The notes under the pieces are model-generated. The model had not been told where the DNA came from and made no database searches. It saw only the letters and a program-made list of their open reading frames with translations. Positions 19,310 through 29,755 of a DNA stretch of 64,000 nt are shown here, one piece after another. This stretch comes from Candidatus Methanomethylophilaceae archaeon (GTDB lineage: Archaea > Thermoplasmatota > Thermoplasmata > Methanomassiliicoccales > Methanomethylophilaceae), in the NCBI GenBank assembly GCA_944320495.1, contig CALUHR010000005.1, forward strand, positions 32,001-96,000, read 5' to 3'. Position 1 is the first letter of the stretch. Each line of letters begins with the position of its first letter. A program made the position numbers and the translations under genes.

Positions 19310-20461
19310 GTGACAAAGACCTACGAAGAGATCAACGAGAGGATCCGTTCAGGCAAAGCTGTCGTGATGACCGCCGAGGAGGTCGTGGACCTCGTCAGGG
19401 AGAAAGGCGCTGAGCGCGCCGCCGAGGAGGTCGACGTCGTCACCACCGGCACCTTCGGGGCCATGTGCTCATCCGGCGCGTTCGTCAACTTCGGCCATGC
19501 CGACCCGCCCATCAGGATGACGGACATCCGCCTCAACGGGGTCGAGGCCTACGGAGGCCTCGCTGCCGTCGACACCTACATCGGCGCGACCTCCCTCATC
19601 GACCCGCCCGGCACCGGTTACGGCGGGGCGCACGTCATCGAGGACCTCATCGCGGGCAAGAAGGTCCACCTCCAGGCATGGGGGCCCGGCACCGACTGCT
19701 ATGTCCGCAAGAGCATCGACACCTACATCACGCTCGACGACGTGAACGAAGCCTACCTCTACAACCCCCGCAACATGTACCAGAACTACGGCGTCGCCAC
19801 CAACACGTCGGACAGGACGCTGTACACCTACATGGGCAAGCTCATGCCCCGCATGAAGAACGCCACGTACAGCTCCGCGGGCGAGCTCTCGCCCCTGCTG
19901 AACGACCCCCACCTGGACACCATCGGCATGGGCACCAGGATCTTCCTCGCCGGCGGCGAGGGATACGTGGCGTGGCAGGGCACCCAGTTCAGCACCACGG
20001 CCCCGGAGGTCAACGGAGTCCCCACGCAGGGATCCAGGACCCTGGCCGTCATCGGCGACATGAAGCAGATGGACGCGAAGTACGTCAGGGGGCTGGACAT
20101 CACCGGTTACGGGATATCCCTCGCCATAGGCATCGGCGTCCCGATACCCGTGCTGAACAAGGACGTCATGCAGAGGTGCGCCATCTCCAACGAGGAGATC
20201 TTCGCGGAGATGGTGGACTACAGCATCCCGTCCAAGAGGCCCTGCATGCAGCGCTACTCCTACGCCCAGCTCCGCTCCGGGCAGATCGAGTACCAGGGCA
20301 AGACGGTCAGGACCTCGGCAATGTCCTCCCTGCACGGGGCCAGGGACGTGGCGAACACCCTGAAGGACTGGATCGAGCACGGGGAGTTACTGCTCAACGA
20401 GCCCTGCCTGCCGATGCCGCGCGAAGGCAAGCTCAAATCCCTGATGGAGAGAGGTGTCTGA
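19310..20461 (+). CDS. DUF39-family homocysteine biosynthesis protein (L-aspartate semialdehyde sulfurtransferase, MA1821-like, no CBS domains)
   Basis: KTYEEINERIRSGKAVVMTAEE...VDVVTTGTFGAMCSSGA...YGGAHVIEDLIAGK signature. Confidence 0.85.
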   Translation: MTKTYEEINERIRSGKAVVMTAEEVVDLVREKGAERAAEEVDVVTTGTFGAMCSSGAFVNFGHADPPIRMTDIRLNGVEAYGGLAAVDTYIGATSLIDPPGTGYGGAHVIEDLIAGKKVHLQAWGPGTDCYVRKSIDTYITLDDVNEAYLYNPRNMYQNYGVATNTSDRTLYTYMGKLMPRMKNATYSSAGELSPLLNDPHLDTIGMGTRIFLAGGEGYVAWQGTQFSTTAPEVNGVPTQGSRTLAVIGDMKQMDAKYVRGLDITGYGISLAIGIGVPIPVLNKDVMQRCAISNEEIFAEMVDYSIPSKRPCMQRYSYAQLRSGQIEYQGKTVRTSAMSSLHGARDVANTLKDWIEHGELLLNEPCLPMPREGKLKSLMERGV

Positions 20462-20462
20462 G

Positions 20463-20864
20463 ATGGAGAAGAAGTTCAGGATCGACTTCAACGAGAGCAA
20501 CGTCCTCGAGTCCGTCACCTACACGCTGGTCTCGGAGTTCGACCTCAAGCCCAACGTACTGAGGGCCGACATCGGAGGGGACGGCCACGGGTTCATGCTC
20601 GTGAGCATCGTCGGCGAGAAGGAGAACATGGTCAAGGGGATGACCCACCTCCGCGACCTCGGATACGGGGTCAGGGAGCTCAGCGGCCACATCTTCCACG
20701 ACTACGACAGGTGCTGGAACTGCGGCGCCTGCGTGTCGCTCTGCCCGACCAGGTCCATCTACTACACCGAGGACGACGAGATCAAGCTGAACACGGACAC
20801 CTGCATCGCCTGCGGGTCCTGCATCAACGCCTGCTCGGTGAAGGCCATCCAGCTCGAGCTATGA
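20463..20864 (+). CDS. NIL-domain/2x[4Fe-4S] ferredoxin (MA1822-like)
   Basis: N-terminal NIL-like domain plus CWNCGACVSLCP and CIACGSCINACS. Confidence 0.85.
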   Translation: MEKKFRIDFNESNVLESVTYTLVSEFDLKPNVLRADIGGDGHGFMLVSIVGEKENMVKGMTHLRDLGYGVRELSGHIFHDYDRCWNCGACVSLCPTRSIYYTEDDEIKLNTDTCIACGSCINACSVKAIQLEL

Positions 20865-21565
20865 GGTTCCGCCTCGAATACAGGGAGAGCATCCTGTCGG
20901 TCCTCTGCGACGACGGCCTGGAGGGCGTCGCCTACGACGCCATGTTCGAGGCCAGGTCGGCCATAGAGTCGAAGATCGCGGAGGACCCGTTCTTCGGGAT
21001 GACCTACGACCCCTATCCGGCATCCCCCCGGGATCCGGAGATAGTCAGGCGCATGTGCGACGCGTCCGTCATCGCGGGCGTGGGACCGATGGCCGGCGTC
21101 GCCGGCGCGGTGGCCGTGAGCATCGCCGAGAGGCTCGTGCGGGAAGGCTCGTCATTCGCGATAGCCGAGAACGGCGGGGACATAGCGTTCTACTCGAGGG
21201 AGCCGAGACTCATCGGCATCTACGCCGCGCACCCTGTGCTCAGAGACATGGCGTTCTCAGTCTCTTCGGACCATATCATCGGGATATGCTCGTCGTCGAG
21301 GGTGGTGGGACCGTCCGTCTCACTGGGGAACAGCAGCATCAGCACCGTGTTCGCGGACGATGTGATACTAGCGGACTGTTGCGCCACCGCGTTAGGGAAC
21401 CTCGTGAAGGACGAAGGGTCCCTCCAATCCGCCGTGGAGACGGTGGGTTCGATGGAGGGCGTCTCCGGATGCCTCGCGTGCTGCGGGGACAAGGTCGCGA
21501 TGTACGGGGACCTGCCGGAGATCGTGCCGGCAGACTGCTCGGACGTCGCTCCGATGGATGGGTGA
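20861..21565 (+). CDS. UPF0280/ApbE-like protein (COG2122)
   Basis: GVGPMAGVAGA, ENGGDIA, GICSSS...GPSVSLG, ADCCATALGN. Confidence 0.8.
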   Translation: MRFRLEYRESILSVLCDDGLEGVAYDAMFEARSAIESKIAEDPFFGMTYDPYPASPRDPEIVRRMCDASVIAGVGPMAGVAGAVAVSIAERLVREGSSFAIAENGGDIAFYSREPRLIGIYAAHPVLRDMAFSVSSDHIIGICSSSRVVGPSVSLGNSSISTVFADDVILADCCATALGNLVKDEGSLQSAVETVGSMEGVSGCLACCGDKVAMYGDLPEIVPADCSDVAPMDG

Positions 21566-21616
21566 ATCAGAAGGATGGGAAGGCCCGTGCCGCGATGATA
21601 CGGCACGGTGGTTTGC

Positions 21617-23344
21617 TCATGCGGTTCCTGTGGACCCGCTGTCGTCCTCTTCCCCGTCCTCGGTCGGGTCGGCAGGCGTCTCCGGTTCATCCGACGTGTC
21701 GGGTTCCTCGGTCACAGGCTCGTATTCGTGCTCGACGCCATCGGCATCGGTGAACGTCACGACGAGCTTTCCTGCTCCGAGCTTGGAGATTATCCCGTTG
21801 ACATCCATGCTGACCTTCTGGTTGAAGAAGCTGTGAGAAGAACCGGTCATGGTGATGGCATCCTGTCCCTCGCCCCAGGTGAACGTGTAGACGATCGTAC
21901 CGGGCTCGGTGGTGCTGAAGGTGATGTTCGAACCGTCCTCTGGAATGATCTCCTTAACATCAGCTGCGGCCCCATAGGATACGGAGACCTGCTCGGGGGA
22001 TTCGACCGTGATCTTGGCGGTGTCGGCGGAACCCAGCTCGTAGACGGGGATGATGCTGATGGTCGCATCTCCCTTGCCCCAGGCAAGGCCATTGATGGTC
22101 GTGCTGAACGTTCCTGACAGGGAGGACCCTATGTTCACGGCGTAGATCGTAGATGGTGCGTACTCCCAGGATACATAGATGTATAGCGCCTTGAGGATCC
22201 CGTCCTCAGCGGTGGTTATGTTCAGGGTCAGATCAGTAGACTTGTTGAAGGGTTTGGTCAGATCGGCCTCCGCGCCCCCCACATAATACTTCACGTCCAC
22301 ATTGCTGGAAGCATCCGTCACCAAGAACTCGGGCATATCCGCGTTCTCGGCCACCTTGCCGACATACAGGGTTCCCAGGTTGGTGTCGTCCGGGATCGTG
22401 ATCTGAACTGTGGTGCCCTCTGTGACCTTTCCGGCCACGGATCCCCAAGACAGGACGTACTGGGTCTCTACGCCCTCTCCGGCATCGATGGTGAGTGTTG
22501 CTCCGTCCTCGGGGGTGATGATGGCACCATCTCCGAACTGGGCCTCGCCGTAGGTCACCTTGACGCCCTCGTCCGCGATTATTCCTATGTATGCTTTAGG
22601 CTCGGAACTCCCCTTGTCAACCACAGGGGTGACGCCCAGGGTGACATCCTGTCCGGCCTTGACGTTCACAGTGATTGTGGCCTCAAAATCGGTATCGCCC
22701 TTGGTGAGAACGATATCGCCGACCTGGGATACGGAACCAGCAGGGGTCGCATTAATCTTTACATCCTCAATGAAGTCCTTGCAGGTAACCTTCACGACAA
22801 CTGTGACGTCCTCGGTGAGCTCCAACTCCCCGGTTACGGGATCCTCTCCGATGATATACTCGACCTTCGCCCCGGTCTTGTCAGGGTCGGCGAAGGGCGT
22901 GAGCGTCAGGGTGTTCTTCTTCGCGACCTCGCCGAAGGTTATGTTGAATCCCACGGTCACGTCCTTCCCGTCGGAGACGGAGAACTTGGCCTCGTAGACG
23001 AGACCGTCATCGGTCTCGCCGGTCCTCTCCAGGCTGATCAGCTTGGCGCGATCCGCTGGGGACATGGTGAATCCCGTGATCTCGTGGCTTGTGGTGATCT
23101 TGGCTCCGAACTCGACATCGCCGTCGACGGCGGCCTTGCCGTCAGCGATGGCTTTGCCCTCGGAGTCCGTTATCTCTATCTTCACATCGGGGTGCGCCGC
23201 GTCCTCGAAGTCCTCGAACGTGACTGCATACCCCTGGGCTTCGTCGCCCCCATCCCTTGTTAGGAGGTAAGCTGCGGCCGCCGCGACGATCACCACGATC
23301 GCGACGATCAGGACCAGCATCCTCCTGTCCATCTGTAGAGCCAT
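21617..23344 (-). CDS. Membrane-anchored acidic surface protein
   Basis: N-terminal TM (MLVLIVAIVVIVAAAAAYLL), Thr/Val/Gly-rich beta body and an acidic Pro-rich tail. Confidence 0.75.
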   Translation of the reverse strand: MALQMDRRMLVLIVAIVVIVAAAAAYLLTRDGGDEAQGYAVTFEDFEDAAHPDVKIEITDSEGKAIADGKAAVDGDVEFGAKITTSHEITGFTMSPADRAKLISLERTGETDDGLVYEAKFSVSDGKDVTVGFNITFGEVAKKNTLTLTPFADPDKTGAKVEYIIGEDPVTGELELTEDVTVVVKVTCKDFIEDVKINATPAGSVSQVGDIVLTKGDTDFEATITVNVKAGQDVTLGVTPVVDKGSSEPKAYIGIIADEGVKVTYGEAQFGDGAIITPEDGATLTIDAGEGVETQYVLSWGSVAGKVTEGTTVQITIPDDTNLGTLYVGKVAENADMPEFLVTDASSNVDVKYYVGGAEADLTKPFNKSTDLTLNITTAEDGILKALYIYVSWEYAPSTIYAVNIGSSLSGTFSTTINGLAWGKGDATISIIPVYELGSADTAKITVESPEQVSVSYGAAADVKEIIPEDGSNITFSTTEPGTIVYTFTWGEGQDAITMTGSSHSFFNQKVSMDVNGIISKLGAGKLVVTFTDADGVEHEYEPVTEEPDTSDEPETPADPTEDGEEDDSGSTGTA

Positions 23345-23383
23345 ATCGGTCGGCTACGTATCGTAATGACGGATATATACCGG

Positions 23384-24139
23384 TCAGCACCGGTTGGTCT
23401 TGATCATCCACCAGCAGGCCGCGAAGAAGACAGCGAGATACACAGCCAGGATGGCCACCGAGTCCATCGGGATGCATGTGTCCAGCATTATGCCCCTCAT
23501 GAGCTCGCTCACATGGGTGAGCGGGAGCGCGTAGACGACCCATGACGCCACCGACGGAAGGGCTTCGACGTTGAACAGCGTCCCGCACAGGAACGTCATG
23601 GGTATTATCACCAGCGACGTGAACAGGTTCAGATGCTGGCTCTTCTCCATGAACATGCCCACGAGCATCCCCATCAGCGAGAACGTCAGGGCGGCCATGA
23701 CGACCACCAGGATCGCCAGAGGCTGGAGGCTGACCTCCGGGGATATCAGATGCCCGACGACGATGAGCAGCGTGCAGCTCAGCAGCGCGCGGACGATCCC
23801 GGTGGCGCACTTCCCCAGGACGATGGCGGAGATGTGCACAGGGCAGAGCAGCAGCTCGTCGAAGCTCATGTAGAACAGACGCTGTACCAGCACCTTCATC
23901 GCCACCGTCGAGAATGTGGCGGACAGCGTGGTCAGAGCTACTATGCCGGGCACGATGAACGCCAGGTACGCATCGGGGTCGCTGGAGACGCTCCCACCTA
24001 TGCCGAACCCGAACGCCAGCAGATAGAGCAGAGGTCCCACCAGGGATGTGATCAGCACCTCCGCGATGTTGTCCCTGATGTACACGAGGTCGCCCCAGGC
24101 GACCCTGTAGGCCTCGTCGATTATCGAGAGGAGCCTCAT
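23384..24139 (-). CDS. ABC-2 type transporter permease
   Basis: FIVPGIVALTTLS...SFDELLLCP...IIPMTFLCGTLF...LPLTH. Confidence 0.85.
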   Translation of the reverse strand: MRLLSIIDEAYRVAWGDLVYIRDNIAEVLITSLVGPLLYLLAFGFGIGGSVSSDPDAYLAFIVPGIVALTTLSATFSTVAMKVLVQRLFYMSFDELLLCPVHISAIVLGKCATGIVRALLSCTLLIVVGHLISPEVSLQPLAILVVVMAALTFSLMGMLVGMFMEKSQHLNLFTSLVIIPMTFLCGTLFNVEALPSVASWVVYALPLTHVSELMRGIMLDTCIPMDSVAILAVYLAVFFAACWWMIKTNRC

Positions 24140-25044
24140 TCGAACCGCCCCCTGCCCTCGCCTGTCAACTCCAGGAAGACGTCCTCCAGGGTGGTCCTGC
24201 GGATGCTGACGTACGCGTCCCCCAGGGAGGAGGCGTACGCCCTGGCGTCATCCATTCCGCGGAAGTACCTCGTCTCGGTCCTCCCGTCCGGGTTCGAGTC
24301 CACCGCGACGCCGCCGATCATGTCCCTGAGCTCGTCCACTGTTCCGATGGCCACCATCCTGCCGTGGTCGATGATCGCGACCCTGTCGCACAGGGACTCG
24401 GCCTCCTCGATGTAGTGGGTGGTGAGGAATATCGTGGTCCCGCGGGCGTTGAGGTCGCGGACCAGGTCCCAGAGTATGTGCCTGGACCTCGTGTCGAGGC
24501 CGGCGGTCGGCTCGTCCAGGAGCAGGAGCTCCGGCTCGTGGACTATCGCGCAGACTATCGCCGCACGGCGCTTCCATCCGCCGGAGAGACTGCCCACGGT
24601 GCGGTCCATGTAGTCCTCCAGTCCGAGGAGGTGCGCGGCCGAGTCGATGCGGGAGTCCAACTCGGACCTGGGTATCTTGTGCAGGATGGCGCGGTGCCTG
24701 ATGTTCTGGCGCACCGTGAGGTCCTTGTCCAGTGAGATGTGCTGCTGCGCTATGCCGATGCGCTTGCGGGCCTCGATGTAGTCGGACGATGCATCGTGAC
24801 CGTCGATCAGCACCGTCCCGGACGTCGGGCGCTGGATGGTCGTTATGGCGCGCATAGTTGTCGTCTTCCCGGCGCCGTTAGGGCCCAGGAAGCCGAATAT
24901 CTCGCCTCTGCGGACCTCGAAGGTCAGGCCGTCGACGGCGGTGAAATCGCCGAACCTGATAACGAGGCCCCTCACATCGGCGATGGTGGCGTCGGAGCAT
25001 CCTCCGGAGGCCGCTGAGAACTGGTTTTCCGTATCCCGGCACAT
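24136..25044 (-). CDS. ABC-2 type transporter ATPase (DrrA/NodI-like)
   Basis: GPNGAGKTT, LSGGWKRR, DEPTAGLD, TTHYIEEAE. Confidence 0.9.
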   Translation of the reverse strand: MCRDTENQFSAASGGCSDATIADVRGLVIRFGDFTAVDGLTFEVRRGEIFGFLGPNGAGKTTTMRAITTIQRPTSGTVLIDGHDASSDYIEARKRIGIAQQHISLDKDLTVRQNIRHRAILHKIPRSELDSRIDSAAHLLGLEDYMDRTVGSLSGGWKRRAAIVCAIVHEPELLLLDEPTAGLDTRSRHILWDLVRDLNARGTTIFLTTHYIEEAESLCDRVAIIDHGRMVAIGTVDELRDMIGGVAVDSNPDGRTETRYFRGMDDARAYASSLGDAYVSIRRTTLEDVFLELTGEGRGRFE

Positions 25045-25079
25045 CTCTTGATCGAACCGTGGAGGTTGTTCCTAGTATA

Positions 25080-25096
25080 TTGGATGATAGGTCCAT
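25080..25096. promoter_or_regulatory. TTGGAT-N5-ATCCAA operator copy (ABC-2 operon upstream)
   Basis: TTGGATGATAGGTCCAT. Confidence 0.6.
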
Positions 25097-25339
25097 CTCA
25101 TGCGGGCCCTCTGTGTTCGGGCACGGAAGACGGACATTCCGCATCGCAGAACGATGGAATCCGAGACTGTCGTCGGTCTCTTGCCGTCGAAGGCCACACT
25201 GCAAAGCAGCGCCTCCCCTTATCATGGCATCCATCGGTTGGAACGGATGGGACCTATTCGGGACAAACGACCGAACGGACCTATAACGTTGCGGAAACAA
25301 CGGAACCAATCATAATCTCCTCCGACCCTCTCCATCCCC

Positions 25340-25963
25340 ATGCTGGGAAAGGACATCGTCATCGACCGCGAGAAGTGCGACGGGTGCGGACTGTGCGTCC
25401 AGGCGTGCCACGAGGGCGCCCTGGCCATCGTCGACGGCAAGGCCGCTCTCGTCAGGAAGGACTTCTGCGACGGGCTGGGGGACTGCCTGCCGGCCTGCCC
25501 CCAGGGTGCGATATCCTTCGCCGACCGCCGGTCATCGAGCACCGAGTGCGGATCCGGGTTCGACTCCGGATACCAGTGGCCCATCCAGCTCGCCCTCGTG
25601 CCCCCGAGATGGGACTTCTACCGCGGCACGATCGTCATCGCGGCGGACTGCACCGCGTTCGTCATGGACCGCTTCAGGTCGGTGATGGCCAGGGGCGACC
25701 CCGTGATCATCGGATGCCCCAAGCTGGACGACCGCGCCAGGTTCGACAAGGTCCTGGCCATCCTGAGGGACAACCCCGTCGACGAGGTCCGCGTCATACG
25801 CATGGAGGTCCCCTGCTGCCGCGCGCTCACAAACATCGTCAGGGCCGCGGCGGAGCAGTGCGGCAGGGATGTTCGCGTGACCGAGACCATAGTCTCCCGC
25901 GGCGGGTCAGTGCTGTCCGCGGAGCCTCCGCAGGCGCCCGCCGGGTTCGTCGGGCTGAGGCGA
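25340..25963 (+). CDS. 4Fe-4S dicluster domain protein (207 aa, ends at CGA)
   Basis: CDGCGLCVQACH...CDGLGDCLPACP, QWPIQL, ADCTAF, GCPKLDD, MEVPCC. First CGA at 25961; standard-code ORF would extend to 26614 over the convergent gene. Confidence 0.8.
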
Positions 25964-25966
25964 TCG

Positions 25967-26587
25967 TCGCCTCTTTACCGCCAGGTACAGGACCCCGGGC
26001 TCCCCCGGGATCGCCCTCGCGTCCATGCCGACGGAATCGAGGAGCGAGAGGATCTCATCGTCGGGGATCATCCTCGCCCCGTAGTCCCTGTTGATCTTCT
26101 CGACGATCTCGTCCCTTCCGGCGCCGAACCTCTCCTCGGCGCCGATGGCGAGGATGCCCCCGGGTGCGAGGACCCTGGCGATCTCGACCAGACCGGCCCT
26201 CAGGTCGGGCCAGAAGAAGTAGGTCTCGATGGCCGTGACCATCGCGAAGGACCCGTCGCCGAAGGGGAGGTCGTCCACCGAAGCCAGTTGGAGGTCGAAC
26301 CTTCTGGAACCCATGAGATTCTCGTTCATCTCGCGGGTGACCGCGAGCGAGTCCTCGGAGATGTCCACGCCCGCAAATCCAGCGTCGGGATACCTTGCGG
26401 AGAGCCTTCTGAGGAATCCGCCCCCGCCGCATCCGACGTCGAGGATGCGGCCGTCGACCGTCGCGGGGAGCCTCTCGAGGCAGAACTCCCAGAGGGGGAC
26501 GTGGTGCTCGTTCATCCTGGCGAGGACCTTCCTGCCGTCCTCGCCGATGGGCTTCCTGCACTGGGATCTGAGATGCTCTTCGGCCAT
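25967..26587 (-). CDS. Class I SAM-dependent methyltransferase (ends at CGA CGA)
   Basis: ILDVGCGGG, GVDIS, LPFGDGSFAMVTAIETYFFWPD, RVLAPGG; ends LYLAVKR-CGA-CGA. Confidence 0.85.
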
Positions 26588-26635
26588 GGAAGAAGGGATG
26601 GCCTGCTGGGATAAGGATTCGATGATTGGTCAGAC

Positions 26636-27568
26636 TCGCTGATCGGCGTCCGGTCCGACGTACCTGGAGCGGAACGACGCCTTCCCGACCTCGTACAGCA
26701 TGAGGTCGTCGGCGACGTACGATTCGGGGAAGATCCCCCTGGCCTCGGCCTCGAGGACGCTCCTGTCGTCGTAGCGGTGGCTCACATGCGTCATGATGAG
26801 ATGCCCGACCCCGGCCTCCCTCGCGAGGCGCGCGGCCTGTGCCGCAGTGGTGTGGTTGTGCTTTCCGGCGTTCTCCGCCTCGGCGTCCATGTAGGTGGCC
26901 TCGTGGATCAGCACGTCCACCCCATGGGCGGCCTCGACGGTGCTGTCCGCCGGTTTCGTATCCCCGGTGTACGCGACGCTGATGCCCGGAACGGGAGGTC
27001 CTATGACCATGTCCGGCGTGATGTCCCTCACCGGCTCACCGCGCTTCAGCCTCGCCATGTCCGGGCCGTCCCTGGCGCCCAGTGCGAGCGCCCTCTCATG
27101 ATCGAGCTTCCCGGGCCTGTCCGGTCCGCGGAGGACGTAGCCTATCGAGAACATGCCATGGTCCGTCCTGAAGCAGGACGCCCCGAAGCCGCAGGCCTGG
27201 AACGTCTCGCCTCCGGACAGCTCCCTCACGTCTATCGGATAGCTCAGCTCGCCCCCGGTGGCCTCCATGGCCGTGTCGATGAGCGCGCGTATGCCGGGCG
27301 GGCCGCATATCAGAAGGGGATCCCTGCGGTCCGACAGGCTCATGGTCTGGAGCAGACCGGGCAGACCGAACACGTGGTCCCCGTGCAGGTGCGTGACGAG
27401 GATCGCGCCTATCTTCATGAACGAATAGGGGGACTCCATCAGCCTGCGCTGGGTCCCCTCGCCGCAGTCGAGGAGGACTATCCCGCGGCCCTCCTTCACT
27501 GCGATGCAGGAAGTCGAACGGTCCTTGGAGGGGACGGCCGCGGACGTCCCCAGGAACAGGATCTCCAT
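26636..27568 (-). CDS. rnz: Ribonuclease Z
   Basis: MEILFLGTSAAVP, DCGEGTQ, THLHGDHVFGL, YTGDT, LIHEATY, HTT, THVSHRY; ends CAG-CGA-GTC-TGA (TGA at 26630). Confidence 0.92.
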
Positions 27569-27780
27569 CGGTAGACCTGGTCGATCTCCCTGTCCTGCTT
27601 GGTCTGCTTCTTGTACTCCTTGTAGTGCTCCTTGCAGAGGTGGACGCTGCGGAGCCCCTGGGACTTGTAGGAGAGACCGCATCTGGAGGCCTGCTTGATG
27701 TTGATCGAGCGCTCCGCGGGCTTGTCGCAGCCAGCGACGTCGCAGACTTCCTCGGCGGTTCCATGCTTTGCCAGTGCCAT
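27568..27780 (-). CDS. Small Zn-finger-like protein (70 aa, ends at CGA)
   Basis: CDVAGC...LCKEHYKEYKK (C,C,C,H). CGA at 27568-27570 overlaps the rnz ATG (CGATG). Confidence 0.7.
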
Positions 27781-28056
27781 GCCACCCGGATAGACCTAAT
27801 CAATAGATAAGGGTGCCAGACGGAACGACGATCTGGCGATGCTTCCGGCTCGAGCCACCATACCGCGTCCCTTCCCCGAGCAGGACCCGACGGGGCCCCG
27901 GAGAAGTGGGGATGGGATGGCTTGGGACTCCGCCATCGCCGCGGTCGCGAAGGCCCCGGCCTGCACGGTCTCGCGCAGGCGAACGGTCTGAAACGGGGGC
28001 ATCCAGGACCCCCTTTCCCCACCGGTGCCTACGAATCCATTTAATCGGACACGCCG

Positions 28057-28725
28057 ATGGCCCCCACCATGACTCTCGTATCCCCGTCCATCCTCTCCGC
28101 AGACTTCTCCAGACTCGGCGACGAGGTCGCCCGTGTGGACCGCTCTGGCGCGGACTGGGTCCATCTGGACGTCATGGACGGGATGTTCGTCCCGAACATC
28201 ACATTCGGACCGCCAGTCATCAAGGCTGTCAGGCCCTGCTCCGACAGGCCCTTCGACGCCCATCTCATGATACAGGACCCGGCGAGGTACATCGACGCCT
28301 TCGCCGACGCGGGATGCGATTCGATCACCGTCCACGTGGAGGCCGACGGGGACGTCAGGGACGCCGTCAGGCGCATCTCCGACCATGGGCTGGGCGTGGG
28401 GATCTCCATCAACCCCGAGACCCCCTTCGAGAGGATCGAGCCGTTCCTCCCCGATGCGGACATCGTCCTCGTCATGACCGTCCATCCCGGGTTCGGGGGC
28501 CAGTCGTTCATCGGGGACTGCGTGCCCAAGATCTCCATGGCAAGGCAGTGGGCCGAGGACCACAACCCCGGGCTGCACGTCTCCGTGGACGGCGGCATCA
28601 ATGACGTCACCGCGCGCACCTGCGTCGAGGCGGGCGCGGACGTGCTCGTGGCCGGATCCTTCCTCTTCAAGAAGGAGGACATGGCGCCCACCATCGAGGC
28701 GTGGCACGGCATGAGGGTGAGGCGA
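28057..28725 (+). CDS. rpe: Ribulose-phosphate 3-epimerase (222 aa, ends at CGA)
   Basis: SPSILSADF, HLDVMDGMFVPNITFG, MTVHPGFGGQSF, VDGGIN, VAGSF; ends AGG-CGA-G-ATG(fen). Confidence 0.92.
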
Positions 28726-28726
28726 G

Positions 28727-29755
28727 ATGGGAGTAAACCTCTCGCCCATCGTGGAGTCGGCGCCGATAGAGCTGTCCGACCTCCGCGGGAAGACCGTCGC
28801 CATCGACGCGTACAACACCATCTTCCAGTTCCTCTCGATCATCAGGCAGCCCGACGGGAAGCCGCTCATGGACGACGACGGAATGGTCACGTCCCATCTC
28901 TCGGGACTGCTGTATAGGACCGCGAATCTGATCGAGAACGGCATCGAGCCGGCGTTCGTCTTCGACGGGAAGCCCAGCGAGCTCAAGGCCGGGACCATCG
29001 AGGAGCGCATCGCCAGGCGCGAGAAGGCCAGGGAGGAGTACGAGCAGGCGCTGAGGGAGGGCGACATGCAGAAGGCGTTCTCCAAGGCGCAGCAGACCTC
29101 CAGGATCACGCCGGACATCCTGTCCACCTCGAAGGAGCTGCTGACGCTGATGGGCATACCCGTGATCCAGGCGCCGAGCGACGGGGAGGCCCAGGGGGCG
29201 TACATGTGCCTCAAGGGCGACGTCCATGCCGCCGCCTCCCAGGACTTCGATTCGATTCTCTTCGGCGCGCCCACGCTGGTGCGCAACATCACCATCTCCG
29301 GCAGGCGCAAGGTCCCCGGCAAGAACCTCTACAAGACCGTCCAGCCCGAGATCATAGACACCGGGAGGATGCTCTCGGACCTCGGGGTCACGAGGGAGCA
29401 GCTGGTGGACGTCTGCATCATGATCGGCACCGACTTCAACCCCGGGGTGTCCGGCATCGGGCCGAAGAAGGGATTGAAGCTGATCCAGCAGTACGGCGAC
29501 CTGGAGCACGTGATCGCCGCCAAGGGCTACGACATCCCCGGCTACGAGGAGGTCCGCGAGATCTTCCTGGACGGGCCCAAATCGGACGATTACTCGGTGA
29601 AGCCCGGCCAGGTGGACGCCGACGGAGTGCTGGCCATGATGTCCTCCCACGGGTTCTCGGAGGATCGCGTCAGGACGGTGCTAGGCAAAATGACTGCCGC
29701 CCGCAAGGCGGAGTCTGACAGAAGGAAGCAGAGGTCTCTGGACAGCTGGTTCCGA
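28727..29755 (+). CDS. fen: Flap endonuclease 1 (342 aa, ends at CGA)
   Basis: MGVNLS, AIDAYNTIFQFL, FVFDGKP, APSDGEAQ, SQDFD, GTDFNPG; the C-terminal PIP box KQRSLDSWF is followed directly by CGA. Confidence 0.95.
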
